The notes below the pieces were generated by a model, which ran no database searches, was not told the origin of the DNA, and saw nothing but the letters and a program-made list of their open reading frames with translations. Positions 44,360 through 54,168 of a stretch of DNA of 64,000 nt are shown here, in pieces (the stretch's first letter is position 1; the number at the start of each line of letters is the position of its first letter). The stretch spans positions 27,918 through 91,917 of the IMG/VR virus record IMGVR_UViG_3300033075_001896; one strand, given 5' to 3'. The DNA is from a virus. Lineage: Duplodnaviria; Caudoviricetes. The position numbers and the translations under genes were made by a program.

Positions 44360-45006
44360 CACACCCTCGCGCCTTGCGACGGCCTGCGGAAGGCCGCGAG
44401 CACCACGTCGATCTCGGGGTCGCCCGTGAGCCCGCCCTGCCGCCACGCCCCGACGGCGCCCGGGAGGACGCCCGCGAGCTCGTAGCCGTGCCCGTCCGTG
44501 GTCTCGCGGAAGACGCGCCCGCGCTGGCGTTCGCCCTGTGCCGCGGCGTCGGTGATGAGCCCGAGCTCGCGCACCGCGAGCCGCACGCACACGTCGCGGA
44601 TCTCGGTCGGGGTCGTGCCGTCCGACTCGACGAAGCCGAAGCTCCCGACGACGGTGATGTTCTTCCGCCCCTTCGGCCACCGGACGTCGTTCCTCCGTGC
44701 GAGGCGCGGCGCGCGAAGGGACTGGCGCGGGGCGGCCGTCGACCCGTAGACGAGCACGTCGCCGAGCGTGAGGGCCGTCCCGTCGATCGACACCGAGGTG
44801 AGGGTGATCACGGGCGCCGGGAGCCACACGCACGCGGTGTCCTGGCCGTCGAAGGGGAGGGTGAGGGTGCGGGCCTCGAACCACCAGCCGGTCACGCGGT
44901 CGATCCGCTTCGACGCCTCGTCGAGGAGCCGCTGGAGCCGCGTGTCGTCGGCCTGCTGCGAGGTGATGCCCTGGTCGCGGGCGTAGGAGAGCGAGGCGTA
45001 GCTCAC
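44359..45006 (-). CDS. Head-tail connector protein
   Basis: YASL...DDTRLQRLLDEASKRIDRVTG, WPKGRKNITV, PTEIRDVC. Confidence 0.8.
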   Translation of the reverse strand: MSYASLSYARDQGITSQQADDTRLQRLLDEASKRIDRVTGWWFEARTLTLPFDGQDTACVWLPAPVITLTSVSIDGTALTLGDVLVYGSTAAPRQSLRAPRLARRNDVRWPKGRKNITVVGSFGFVESDGTTPTEIRDVCVRLAVRELGLITDAAAQGERQRGRVFRETTDGHGYELAGVLPGAVGAWRQGGLTGDPEIDVVLAAFRRPSQGARV

Positions 45007-45022
45007 GCCTCTTCAGGACGGG

Positions 45023-45529
45023 TCACCCGCCCGCGGGCGGGTCGTTGGGGCGGCGCGCGGTCGGGCGCGTGGGACGGCCGCGCTCCTCGGGCGTGGCGGG
45101 GACGACCGCCGGGGCGCTCGTCGGGGCGGGCGCCACGGGCTCGTCGGCCGTCACGAGGTCCGTCGTGGTCTCGGCCGCGGCCTCGGCGAGCCACGCGTCG
45201 GGCGTGTGTTCGAGGAGGTCCGCGTCGTCCTCGGGGGCGGCGGCGGTCTCGACCTTCGGCGCGGGCCAGGGCGTGCGCGAGATCGCGAAGCGCGGCACCG
45301 AACCGCGGCCCTCGCCCTCGTGGTTGTACTTCGGCACGCGCTCCTCGTGGAGCTTGAGCCTGCGCACGAAGTCGGCGGGGATCGGGTGCGGGCAGACGGG
45401 CGCGGACTCGGTGAAATGCACCGTACCGACGTCGGGGACGCCGTGGAGCACGTACGTCTCGCCTGCGGCGAGCTTGAGGTAGACGTGGCCGGGCTTGGGG
45501 GTGGAAGCTGGAGCGGTGGGGTTTGCCAT
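45023..45529 (-). CDS. Hypothetical head-associated protein
   Basis: Follows the capsid gene; AAAGGA SD; low-complexity C-terminus. Confidence 0.55.
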   Translation of the reverse strand: MANPTAPASTPKPGHVYLKLAAGETYVLHGVPDVGTVHFTESAPVCPHPIPADFVRRLKLHEERVPKYNHEGEGRGSVPRFAISRTPWPAPKVETAAAPEDDADLLEHTPDAWLAEAAAETTTDLVTADEPVAPAPTSAPAVVPATPEERGRPTRPTARRPNDPPAGG

Positions 45530-45591
45530 CGGGTGCGGAGGTCCTTTCGACACTTCCGCGGTCGGTCAACCCGGCGGCAGGATGGGCGGGA

Positions 45592-46551
45592 TCAGGTCGT
45601 CTCGCGCAGGGCCGTGATCTTGGCCGCGGCGTTCTCCTGTTCGACCGAGAAGGCCGCGCGCATGCGGATGTACACGTGCACGCCGCCGTTCCAGGGCTCG
45701 TCCACGACCTTGATGACCATCTTCTTGTACCACCCGAGGATGAGGTTCTTCGGGTCGGTGAAGATCGCCGGGGCCGTGTCGGGCGTGCCCGTGGTGACGG
45801 GCATGTTACCGACCTGAACCACACGCGATCCGCCGCAGACGGGCAGATCGACCGATTCGAGCGCGCGGTCGCCCGTGGCCGTCGCGCGGTCGGCGACGAT
45901 GTTGCGCCAGCGGTCGCCCGCCTTCTCGGCGACGTAGAACGCGTGGCGGTTCATGCGCCGGAACTTCAGGCGCACGCTCGACCGGGCCTGCTCCAGCAGC
46001 TCGCGCGAGAGGTAGGCGTTCGACGCGTTCACGACGTTCGAGGTGATGCGCTTGAGCCAGCCGTCCTGCTGGGCCATGCCGTGCGCGACGAGCGTCGTGT
46101 CGGTGATGTCCACGTCGCTCATCAGCGCCATCTCTTCGAGATCGACGCCCACCTTCTCGGCCAGGAGCCGGAGGTAGGTCTCCTCGAACATCTCGCCCTC
46201 GACGTTGTCTTCGAGCGCGGTGTAGCCGAGGAAGCCCTCGACCTCGATCACCTTGGCGTTGAGCGTGACCTCCGAGGTGGTCGGGGCGATGCGCTGGCTC
46301 GACCCGAGCGCGGCGCCGTCGCCGGGGTCGGCGCGCACGACGCGCGAGGCGAAGAGGATCTTGGGGAGCTTCTTCGTCTTCGAGGCCATCGGCTCGACGC
46401 GGCACGCGGCGAGGAGCGGCGTCGCGTTCTGCGCGATCTCGATGAACTTTCCTGCGACCTCGGTGGGGAGCTCACCACCCGACGAGAGGGCGGACGCGAG
46501 GAAGTCCGTGCGCTGCTCGCTGGTCATCTGTCGAAGGGACTTGGCGCTCAT
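45592..46551 (-). CDS. Major capsid protein (HK97 fold)
   Basis: GGELP...FI, ALEDNVEG..FE, DLEEMA, DGWLKR, FTDPKNLILG. Confidence 0.92.
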   Translation of the reverse strand: MSAKSLRQMTSEQRTDFLASALSSGGELPTEVAGKFIEIAQNATPLLAACRVEPMASKTKKLPKILFASRVVRADPGDGAALGSSQRIAPTTSEVTLNAKVIEVEGFLGYTALEDNVEGEMFEETYLRLLAEKVGVDLEEMALMSDVDITDTTLVAHGMAQQDGWLKRITSNVVNASNAYLSRELLEQARSSVRLKFRRMNRHAFYVAEKAGDRWRNIVADRATATGDRALESVDLPVCGGSRVVQVGNMPVTTGTPDTAPAIFTDPKNLILGWYKKMVIKVVDEPWNGGVHVYIRMRAAFSVEQENAAAKITALRETT

Positions 46552-46606
46552 GGCGTTCTACCTCTTGGGCGCGTCAGGTGCGCCGTACCGTGTGAAACGA
46601 GAAGGT

Positions 46607-48277
46607 TCACTCCTCGCCGTCGTCGTCACCCTGCGCGTCCACCGCGGGCTTCGTCCCGGCGCGTCCGACGAAGCGCCGGAGGCCGAGGACGCCCTGGAGC
46701 GGGCTCGCGGGGGCGCGCGTCGCGGCCGCTTCGGGCGGGGGGTCGCCGGCGCGGGGCGCGGGCCGTGCGGCTTCGAGCGCGCCGACGCGCTTCTCGGCCG
46801 TCTCGGCGCGCGTGCGCAGGGCCGTCTCGGTCGTGCGCGCGGCCGTGAGCTCGGTCTCGCGGGTGGCGAGGGCGGCGCGGGCCGTGTCGAGCGCGGCGCG
46901 GAGCTCGGCGAGCTCGCGGGCGCTCTTGGTCTCGCTCTCCGTCTCGCTCTCCTCGGTCTCCTCCCCGAGGAGCCCGTCGAGGTGGCCGCCGCAGTCGCTC
47001 GCGCACTGCCTGGCCTTCTCCAGCACCTCGCGCGTGGCCTTCGAGAGCTTCTTCCCGGCGCGCTGGTGGGCCTCGGCGACGTCGCCTTCGGTCGAGGCGG
47101 CGCGCGTCGAGACGCCCATCGCGGCGTCGGCCTCGTCGCAGACGCCCTGGACGACGGCGCCGAAGTCCACGCCGAGCGCGCGGAACTTCCGCACCATCTC
47201 TTCGTCGGTGGGGGAGCCGTAGTACGCGCACTCGTAGAACACCGACTCCGCCGCCATGAGGGCGCGGCTCATCGCGTCGCGCACCTTCCAGCGGTTCGCG
47301 CACGCGCCCCACACGGAGGCGAGGCTCGACCAGTCGGTGGTCGCGCGGCTCTCCACCTGCCGCACGAACGCCTCGACCTCTTCGCGGCCGAGGTCCTGCG
47401 CGCTGCGGAAGCCCCCGAGGAGGGCGGCGAAGTTCGCGCGGAGGGCCAGGGCCGTGACCGGCGTGGGGGGCTCCGCAGACGGGGCCGCGGCGGGCGTCTC
47501 GCGGGCCTCGGTCGTGGGGGCGAGGGGCGGGGCCGCGGCGGGCTCCGAGGGGGTCTGCGCGGCGGCCTGGGTGTCAGTCTTGATGGTCATATCGTCACAC
47601 CTCCAGAGCGGGGTCACCCCGCCCGAGTCGTCGCGTGCGCTCCGCGCCTCGACGCCCTCGAAGAGAATCCCGATCGCCGGGGCCTTCACGAGCGAGAGCG
47701 TGAGCGGGTAGGGGTCGAGAATCTCGCCCGTGCGGACCCTGCCGACGCCCGTAACGACGAGCGTCTTCTCGCGGTACTTCCCGGTGAACTCAATGCTGAA
47801 GCCCTTGAGCTTGCCGTCGCGGAGCTCCTGGCGCGTCGTCTCCTTGAGGACCTTCACCGTGACGACCCAGACGAGCGCCGGGTACTGCGCCGAGTCCTCG
47901 CGCGTGATCCAGCTCTCGACGATCGCGCCGACCGTGCCGTGGTCGTGGTGCGAGTCGATGCCCCCGGTCCCGCGTTCGAGAAACTTGTACGCGAAGGCCC
48001 GGAGCGTCTCGGGGCTCATCCACGTGCGGTAGGAGTCGATGCGGAAGGCGTCCTCGCCCGGGACCTCGCCCGACTCGGGCACGTCGAGCGCGGGGTACGC
48101 GATCCCTTCGACGAGCGTGTAGTCCGTCTCCTCGCGTACCGCGCGGATCGCGAAGTCGACGCGGCGACGCGCCGCGACCTCCGTGGGCGCGTCGAGCGAC
48201 GCATCCAGGGACCGTTGCAGGACGGCGCCGAGGGAGGCAGGCCAGAGCGCGACGAGGGAGAGGGCGGAGAGGCTCAC
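46607..48277 (-). CDS. Prohead protease (XkdF-like) with C-terminal scaffold
   Basis: IDSHHDH, IVESWI, DGKLKGFSIE, SLVKAPA; coiled-coil C-terminus. Confidence 0.85.
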   Translation of the reverse strand: MSLSALSLVALWPASLGAVLQRSLDASLDAPTEVAARRRVDFAIRAVREETDYTLVEGIAYPALDVPESGEVPGEDAFRIDSYRTWMSPETLRAFAYKFLERGTGGIDSHHDHGTVGAIVESWITREDSAQYPALVWVVTVKVLKETTRQELRDGKLKGFSIEFTGKYREKTLVVTGVGRVRTGEILDPYPLTLSLVKAPAIGILFEGVEARSARDDSGGVTPLWRCDDMTIKTDTQAAAQTPSEPAAAPPLAPTTEARETPAAAPSAEPPTPVTALALRANFAALLGGFRSAQDLGREEVEAFVRQVESRATTDWSSLASVWGACANRWKVRDAMSRALMAAESVFYECAYYGSPTDEEMVRKFRALGVDFGAVVQGVCDEADAAMGVSTRAASTEGDVAEAHQRAGKKLSKATREVLEKARQCASDCGGHLDGLLGEETEESETESETKSARELAELRAALDTARAALATRETELTAARTTETALRTRAETAEKRVGALEAARPAPRAGDPPPEAAATRAPASPLQGVLGLRRFVGRAGTKPAVDAQGDDDGEE

Positions 48278-49941
48278 GCCCCTGCGTCGGTGTCACCCGC
48301 GGCGGGGGCTTCGGCGGCGGGGGCTTCGGCGCCGTCGCCTCCACCGCCCTCCGTGGGCGTCGTCGCGCCGTCGCCCGTGTCCGCGCTCGACCCCCCGACC
48401 TTCGTCACCGCGCCGAGGGCCTTCGTCACGTCCGCGGGCAGGAGGAGGTTCTTCGCGAGCGCGTCGAGGAGCGCCGCGGGGATCTTGCGCCAGCTCTCGG
48501 GCGACGAGAGCTCGACGCCGAGGAGCGGCTCCAGAAGGTCGGCGACGTTCGCGACGGTGAGGACGCCCGCCTTGATCCCGACCTCGATGACCTTCAGGAG
48601 CTGCTCCTCCGAGAGGAGCGGCGGCCCCTTCGTGATCACGCGGCAGTGCCGCGCGCCGAGCTCGGGGAGGACGAAGCTGTTCAGGAGCTCGTCCTCGTCC
48701 GCGCGCTCCGGCGCGAACACCTGCTCCTCGGCCACCTGCCGCGCGGCCTGCGCGGTCGCGAAGTTGTACTCCTCGCTGCGGCCCATGAAGATCGGGGGCA
48801 GGCGGAACGCCATCGCCACGTCTTCGACGCAGCGGGTGCGGTATTCGAGGAACTGCGCGTCGGTCTGCGCGGCCTTGGTGAGGTCCTTGAAGTCGATGCG
48901 CGGCACGGCGCCCGGCCGCGCGATCGCCATGGGGTCGGCGGGGTCGGAGGTGGCGTCGGACTTCGCTTCGAGGATCAACGGGACGTGGCGGTTCGCGCGC
49001 CCCTTCACGGTCCCGAAGTGCTCCTTGAGCCGCTCGATCACGTCGTCGTCGAAGCTCGCGCCCTGCACCAAGATCGCCATCGGGGGGATGGCGTTGTTGT
49101 CGAAGATATCGACGTTGACCTCGCCCGCGGCGGCGCGACCGGCCGCGGAGGACGCCGCGCCACGCCAGCAGGGCTTTCCGTACACGCTCCCCGGCTCGTA
49201 GCGGCAGAGGTTGAGCACCTCGGACGCGAGGTCCTGGGGCGCGGCGTTCGGGTCCTCATCGCCCGTGTCGGCGCGCAACGGCCGCGGGTCGCCGAGCTCC
49301 TTGAACCAGACCATCCGGCCGTTCACGTACTGTGCGTACCGGCGGAAGCGCCGGTACTGCGTGACCTTCGTGAAGGCGCCGTCGGGCGCGCGCACCCACC
49401 GCGCGGTCTCGACGATCGCGCGGTCCCACCGGGTCTTGCGCATCGTGTAGGTCGGGCAGTGGTCGAGCCCCACGAGGCGCCCCTTCGCGTCGCGCAAGAC
49501 CTCGTAGTAGCCGTCGCCGAAGACGGCCAGGTCCTTGCGCACGCGCTTGCGCGCGGCGGTGAAGCTCCCGACCGAGGAGGCGGCGTCGAACCACGTCTTG
49601 AGCCGCTCCCGCTCCCCCTGGATCGCGTCGTTGAGGGCGGGGGGCGGCGCGGCGAGCACGGGCACGAACTGCACGCCGAACGAGCACGTGTTGACGACCA
49701 TCGCGTCGACGGCCGACTGGAGCACGTCCGAGTCGTCGTAGCGGCGCTGCACGTAGCTGTAGGGGTAGGGCGGCTCGATGAGCCCGTGAAGGCCGTATTG
49801 GTCGGCGAAGGGGTCGAGCTGCTTCGACGCGCCCGCCTTGGCCGCCTCGGGCGTGACGCCGGTCTCCAGCGGCAGGATGCGGACCTTGACGGTGGCGGTG
49901 GGCTTCGTGCGCTTCTTCGGGCGTCGGGAGGGCGTCGTCAC
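48274..49941 (-). CDS. Portal protein (PBSX-like)
   Basis: LIEPPY, GDGYYEVLRD, WFKELGDPR, FDNNAIP, DAQFLEY, AFRLPPIFMGRSEEYNFATA. Confidence 0.93.
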   Translation of the reverse strand: MTTPSRRPKKRTKPTATVKVRILPLETGVTPEAAKAGASKQLDPFADQYGLHGLIEPPYPYSYVQRRYDDSDVLQSAVDAMVVNTCSFGVQFVPVLAAPPPALNDAIQGERERLKTWFDAASSVGSFTAARKRVRKDLAVFGDGYYEVLRDAKGRLVGLDHCPTYTMRKTRWDRAIVETARWVRAPDGAFTKVTQYRRFRRYAQYVNGRMVWFKELGDPRPLRADTGDEDPNAAPQDLASEVLNLCRYEPGSVYGKPCWRGAASSAAGRAAAGEVNVDIFDNNAIPPMAILVQGASFDDDVIERLKEHFGTVKGRANRHVPLILEAKSDATSDPADPMAIARPGAVPRIDFKDLTKAAQTDAQFLEYRTRCVEDVAMAFRLPPIFMGRSEEYNFATAQAARQVAEEQVFAPERADEDELLNSFVLPELGARHCRVITKGPPLLSEEQLLKVIEVGIKAGVLTVANVADLLEPLLGVELSSPESWRKIPAALLDALAKNLLLPADVTKALGAVTKVGGSSADTGDGATTPTEGGGGDGAEAPAAEAPAAGDTDAGA

Positions 49942-49963
49942 GCCCCTTCGGGCGAGTCACCCG

Positions 49964-50434
49964 TCAGGTGTAGTCCGACGAGACGGTCGTGCGGAGCGTG
50001 TAGCCCGCGCGCGTCGTCTGCACGGCGCGCAGCGCCACGACCTCGACGCGCAGGGCCTCGGCGTAGCTGCGGAGCTGCACGATCTCGGCGCGCATGGCCT
50101 CGGCGTAGTTGCGGAGCTGCACGACCTCGGTGCGGAGGGCGTTGATCGTGGTGCGGTCGGCGGCGTTCTCGGTGTCGGTGGGCGTGGCGGGGGTGGCGTA
50201 GGCCGCGAGGGGGCTCGCGAGCGCGGCGTCGAGCGTCGGGACGGTCGTCTCCGCGGGCGACGTGATCGTCGGGACGGTGGTGCCCGCGGGCGACGTGATC
50301 GTCGAAGGCGCGGAGCCCTTCAGCCGGTTCACGTCGTACGCGAGGCCGTTGAGGAGCGTCTTCACGTCGGGCGAGCCGTGGCCCTGGTTCAGGCCCGCGC
50401 CGCCCGTGCCGAAGTTCTGGGGGATTGCGACCAT
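49964..50434 (-). CDS. Putative head fibre/decoration protein
   Basis: TITSPAxTTVP x2 and 14-aa heptad repeats; TGAC motif plus strong SD. Confidence 0.55.
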   Translation of the reverse strand: MVAIPQNFGTGGAGLNQGHGSPDVKTLLNGLAYDVNRLKGSAPSTITSPAGTTVPTITSPAETTVPTLDAALASPLAAYATPATPTDTENAADRTTINALRTEVVQLRNYAEAMRAEIVQLRSYAEALRVEVVALRAVQTTRAGYTLRTTVSSDYT

Positions 50435-50497
50435 GGTGGGGGTGTTCCTTTCGGACCTTCGGCCCGGTCACCCCCGCAACCGGCCGGGCCCCGAACC

Positions 50498-50947
50498 TCA
50501 GACCGGCTCCCTCGCGGCGAGTGCCACGAAGGCGTCGAAGCGATCGTGCTTGCACGCCTCGACGAGCGCGTAGAACCACACCTCGTTCGCGCTCAGGTGG
50601 GCGCCGCTCGGCAGTGCGTCGCGCCGCACGAACTGCCCCGCAATGCAAAGCGCCTCGTGGACCGTCGGCCAGCGTGCCGCGAGCGCGTCGCGAAGGGCGA
50701 CGGCCTCGCGTCGAGGCACGACGACGGGCTGCGGCGCCCGCGGGTAGTGCTTCTGGACGGCGGCGATCAGCGCGGGGAGCTGGTCCTGTGCGGCCACGTG
50801 CTCGATCAGGTGGCCGAGCACGCGGTACGCCGATCCGCCGACATCGAGCTTCGCGAGGTCGACGCCGACACTCCAGCCGACCATCTCCACGAGGGGGACG
50901 CGATCGAGGTAGCCGGTCAGGGCTTCGTGCAGGTCTTCGGTGGTCAT
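50498..50947 (-). CDS. Tandem effector-associated domain (EAD1-like) protein
   Basis: Two ~70-aa helical units: LHEAL...GVDLAKL...LIEHVAAQDQLPALIAAVQKHYP and LRDALAARWP...W..ALVEA.K.DRFDAFVALAAREP. Confidence 0.65.
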   Translation of the reverse strand: MTTEDLHEALTGYLDRVPLVEMVGWSVGVDLAKLDVGGSAYRVLGHLIEHVAAQDQLPALIAAVQKHYPRAPQPVVVPRREAVALRDALAARWPTVHEALCIAGQFVRRDALPSGAHLSANEVWFYALVEACKHDRFDAFVALAAREPV

Positions 50948-51200
50948 GGGGTGTTCTACTCCGTGTGGTTCCGTGCCGTGCAATCTTGAGGACACATTCT
51001 GTCGAGGGTGGGGGCTCGGTGCGGTCACCCCCGGAGGCGCGCGGGCCAACGCCCGCCGCGATGGGACGTCGACGCGAGGAACCGCCACCAGGGCCCCGCG
51101 CTCCCGCGGGCCTCGTAGAAGTCCCGCACGGCCGCGGTGACCTCGGCGTAGAGCGGGGCGAACTGCCAGTGTTCGGGCATCGCCGTCTGGTGGGGCGTGG

Positions 51201-51716
51201 TCACGCCGCGAGTCGATGCAAACGCCGTCCCTCGCGCGTGAGGGGCGTCCACTCGGCGCCCTCCATCAGGCGGAAGGGGTCGTCGTCCCACTTCGCACCG
51301 AAGTCGACGCCGGGGATGCTCGCGTGGAGCCAGTCGCCGTCGCTCGACACGAGGAGCACCATCGGGCGCCACTCGTCGCCGTGACGTACGCGCGACACCT
51401 GCCAGAAGCCGCCGTGCTCCTGAAGATGGCGCTCGACCTCTTCGCGCGTCGGCGGGGCGGTGTTCGTGACCATCCGCGGGGTCAGCGCAGGGGTGAAGCG
51501 CACCTCGGCCCACTGTTCGCGGATCGCCTTGACGTAGAGCGGTCTCATGTCTCCAGGGACGGCCACGAACCAGTTGCCGTCGTGGAGCTGCGTGGCACGT
51601 GCAATCTCCGTTCGCTCCTGCCCGTCGCGCGTGAGATGAATCCACCACAGCCCCTCGTAGAGAGGCGCGTCGAACCATTGCACGGGCGGAGGTTGCGGGT
51701 TGGCGGAGTTGTTCAT
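51201..51716 (-). CDS. Hypothetical Trp-rich protein
   Basis: AAGGAGG SD before MNNSANP. Confidence 0.55.
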   Translation of the reverse strand: MNNSANPQPPPVQWFDAPLYEGLWWIHLTRDGQERTEIARATQLHDGNWFVAVPGDMRPLYVKAIREQWAEVRFTPALTPRMVTNTAPPTREEVERHLQEHGGFWQVSRVRHGDEWRPMVLLVSSDGDWLHASIPGVDFGAKWDDDPFRLMEGAEWTPLTREGRRLHRLAA

Positions 51717-51991
51717 GGGTTTGGCCCTCCTTCGTCGGCCGCGACCGTCGCTTTCAAGGACCGCTCCAACGCGAGGAACCACCCGTCGGACCCGCCGCTC
51801 TTGCTGCACTCGAACAGCACGCTGTCGAACGCCCAGAGCGCGGCCACGAGGTCGAGCGCGTGCTCCTCACACGCCGTGCACGTCGGGAGCGAGACGGTCA
51901 GCGTGCCGAGTCGATACGCCTCCGCCGCCGGTCGCTCGCCGCAGAGCACGCAACGGTCGGTCGCCGTGACGGTGAGGCTGTACTCCGCCAT
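51713..51991 (-). CDS. Small Zn-finger protein
   Basis: CVLC...CTAC. Confidence 0.5.
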   Translation of the reverse strand: MAEYSLTVTATDRCVLCGERPAAEAYRLGTLTVSLPTCTACEEHALDLVAALWAFDSVLFECSKSGGSDGWFLALERSLKATVAADEGGPNP

Positions 51992-51998
51992 GGCGGAC

Positions 51999-53051
51999 TC
52001 AGACGCCCGTGCGTCGGCGGAAGTTACACGCGATGAGTTGTGCCTGAAGGGAGACAAGCCGTTGCACGACGCCGATCGCCGGGAGGCGCCGGTCGTAGTG
52101 TGTCCGCGCGCGATCGAGGAGCGCCGTGAGCCTCGCGGGGTCGTACCCCTCGGCCGCGCCCCAGAAGCCGTCTGCGTCGTCCTGGGTGAGCTGCGTGACC
52201 TCGCCGCGGAGGTAGCGCGGCGCGAGCTCGGTGCGCGAGAGCGCGAACACGACGCGCGCCTCACGGTCGGTGAGCGGGCCGTGGTCGATCGGCGGCGCAG
52301 GGGGCGGGGCGGGGGGCGTGAGGACCGGATCGGGCACCGCCGGGGGCCGCGGTACGGTGAGGCCATGGGCCTCGCGGCGGGCGCGATCCACGTCGATCCC
52401 GTAGGACTTCACGAGCGCGTAGAGGTTCGAGCGTGAGCAGTCGAGGATCTGCGCGGCGCGGCGCATGTTGTACCCGGTCTCGGCCAGCGTGCGCTCGATC
52501 GTGATGCGCTTCTGCATGGCGAGCGAGGTGCCGCCCGAGGCCGTCACGCGACGCGCGCGGAGCTTCGGCAGACGGACGCGTCGCCGCAGACGACGTACGA
52601 TCCGCTTCCGGCGCGGCGTGGCGGGGGCCTCGGTCGCGTCGGCGGCGGGGAGTGACGCGGCGATCGTGCGGCCCTCGGGCGTGAGCCGCAGGCCGCCCTT
52701 CACCCGCTCGAAGTACCCTTGCCCGACGAGGCCCGCCTTGCCGAACACCCGCACCCGCACCTTCACGTGGTCGGGGTGTTCGGGGAAGCCCTGGAGCGCG
52801 AACACTGCGGGGTGGAGGTGGTGCGCGGCGACCGCGAGGTCCTCGGTCGAGAAGACGGGGAGGCGCGCGGAGAGCTTCGCGGCGGCGGCCAGGAGAAGGG
52901 CGGCGTGCGAGTGCGTGGCAGGGCCGCGGGGCGTGGTGCGCAGCGGGCAGGTGCTCCGGTAGTGCCCCGGGTCGCGACAGAGGGAGCAGCCGCGGGAGTC
53001 GTCGCGGTCCTCGCGGACACGCTCGGCGTCGAGAGCTTCGTGCAGGCTCAT
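51999..53051 (-). CDS. Zn-knuckle plus wHTH-like plus Fis-type HTH protein
   Basis: CSLCRDPGHYRSTC; IERTLAETGYNMRRAAQILDCSRSNLYALVKSYGI. Confidence 0.75.
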   Translation of the reverse strand: MSLHEALDAERVREDRDDSRGCSLCRDPGHYRSTCPLRTTPRGPATHSHAALLLAAAAKLSARLPVFSTEDLAVAAHHLHPAVFALQGFPEHPDHVKVRVRVFGKAGLVGQGYFERVKGGLRLTPEGRTIAASLPAADATEAPATPRRKRIVRRLRRRVRLPKLRARRVTASGGTSLAMQKRITIERTLAETGYNMRRAAQILDCSRSNLYALVKSYGIDVDRARREAHGLTVPRPPAVPDPVLTPPAPPPAPPIDHGPLTDREARVVFALSRTELAPRYLRGEVTQLTQDDADGFWGAAEGYDPARLTALLDRARTHYDRRLPAIGVVQRLVSLQAQLIACNFRRRTGV

Positions 53052-53368
53052 GGCGACGCGAGGCCCTGGAGTTCGGCCAGCATGTCCGTACGGAGCTCCT
53101 CCGCCTTGCGCAGGAGGAGCGGGATCGCCGTCTCGATCGCGGGCGGCGTCATCGTGCGAGAGGGCGGGCTGAAGACGTTCACAGCGATCTGTCCCACCAC
53201 GGGGTTCCCTTCGGTCATGCCGTTCATCACCACCGCCGCGCGGGCCTCGTAGCGATACCCCGCGCTGTCATCACAGAGTCGCCACGCTTCGAGTCGAAGG
53301 GCGGTGAGGGGGCGCGAGAAGTGGTTGAGGGCGGTGAGAAGGAGGCGCAGTCGGTCGGCGTCGGTCAT
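53048..53368 (-). CDS. Hypothetical protein
   Basis: ATGA overlaps on both sides. Confidence 0.5.
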   Translation of the reverse strand: MTDADRLRLLLTALNHFSRPLTALRLEAWRLCDDSAGYRYEARAAVVMNGMTEGNPVVGQIAVNVFSPPSRTMTPPAIETAIPLLLRKAEELRTDMLAELQGLASP

Positions 53369-54168
53369 GCCCCGCGCCGTCGCAAAACGCGGTCCATCGC
53401 CGGGTAGAGCTCACACACCCGCACCTCGGAGAGGCCCGACCGCTGGCCGTCGTTGACCTCGATCACGATCCAGTCGCCCGCGGCCGTGCGCGCCACGTCG
53501 AGGGCGTAGAAGCGCAGGCGGGGGTGGACGCGGGCGAGGGCCTCGCGGAGGAAGTCCGCGGGGATCTCCGAGGCGGGCGGCGGGTCGCGCACGGTGCAGT
53601 CCTCGGGCGGCCAGTAGAAGCCCCGGCCGACGACCTCGCGGTCGAGCACGAACACCCGGAACTCCGTCGAGACCGGGCACCCCCCGAGGCCGTCCCCGAG
53701 GCGCTCCAGGGGCACGTAGCGCCGCGCGACGAGCGTTTGCGCGCGCATGCCGGTGTCGCGCTGGAGGAGGCTGCGGAGCTGGATCGCGCCGGCCTTCGTA
53801 GGCGCGTACATCCGCTCCCAGGCCCCCTTGTCCGCGCTCGACCCCTTCACGATGAAGGCCGTGCCGTCGTCGGGGAGCTGCGCGAAGTCCACCCAGGTGT
53901 CGGGGGTGAGCCCGCGGAGGTCCTCGGCCCACCGGGAAGGGTCCGCGGCGTAGCGGTACGCGAAGCCGTCGTTGAGGAGCGTCGCCCCGAGGCGGGCCAC
54001 GTCGGCGTCGAGGCGTCGCTCCCACGGCCACGCGTAGTGTCGGGCGTACACGAGGTCGCCCGCCTGCACGTCGAGGATGGAGGTCGCCGGGCGCCACCCG
54101 ACGGCCTGCGCGTAGATGAGCTCGCCGGGGTCGAGCTGCGATGGTTCGTGGAGGAAGACGAGGTTCAC
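53365..54168 (-). CDS. ATP-grasp protein (R2K-like)
   Basis: FIVKG, RRYVPL, EFRVFVL, FYALDVA..G.WIVIEVNDGQRSG. Confidence 0.85.
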   Translation of the reverse strand: MNLVFLHEPSQLDPGELIYAQAVGWRPATSILDVQAGDLVYARHYAWPWERRLDADVARLGATLLNDGFAYRYAADPSRWAEDLRGLTPDTWVDFAQLPDDGTAFIVKGSSADKGAWERMYAPTKAGAIQLRSLLQRDTGMRAQTLVARRYVPLERLGDGLGGCPVSTEFRVFVLDREVVGRGFYWPPEDCTVRDPPPASEIPADFLREALARVHPRLRFYALDVARTAAGDWIVIEVNDGQRSGLSEVRVCELYPAMDRVLRRRGA

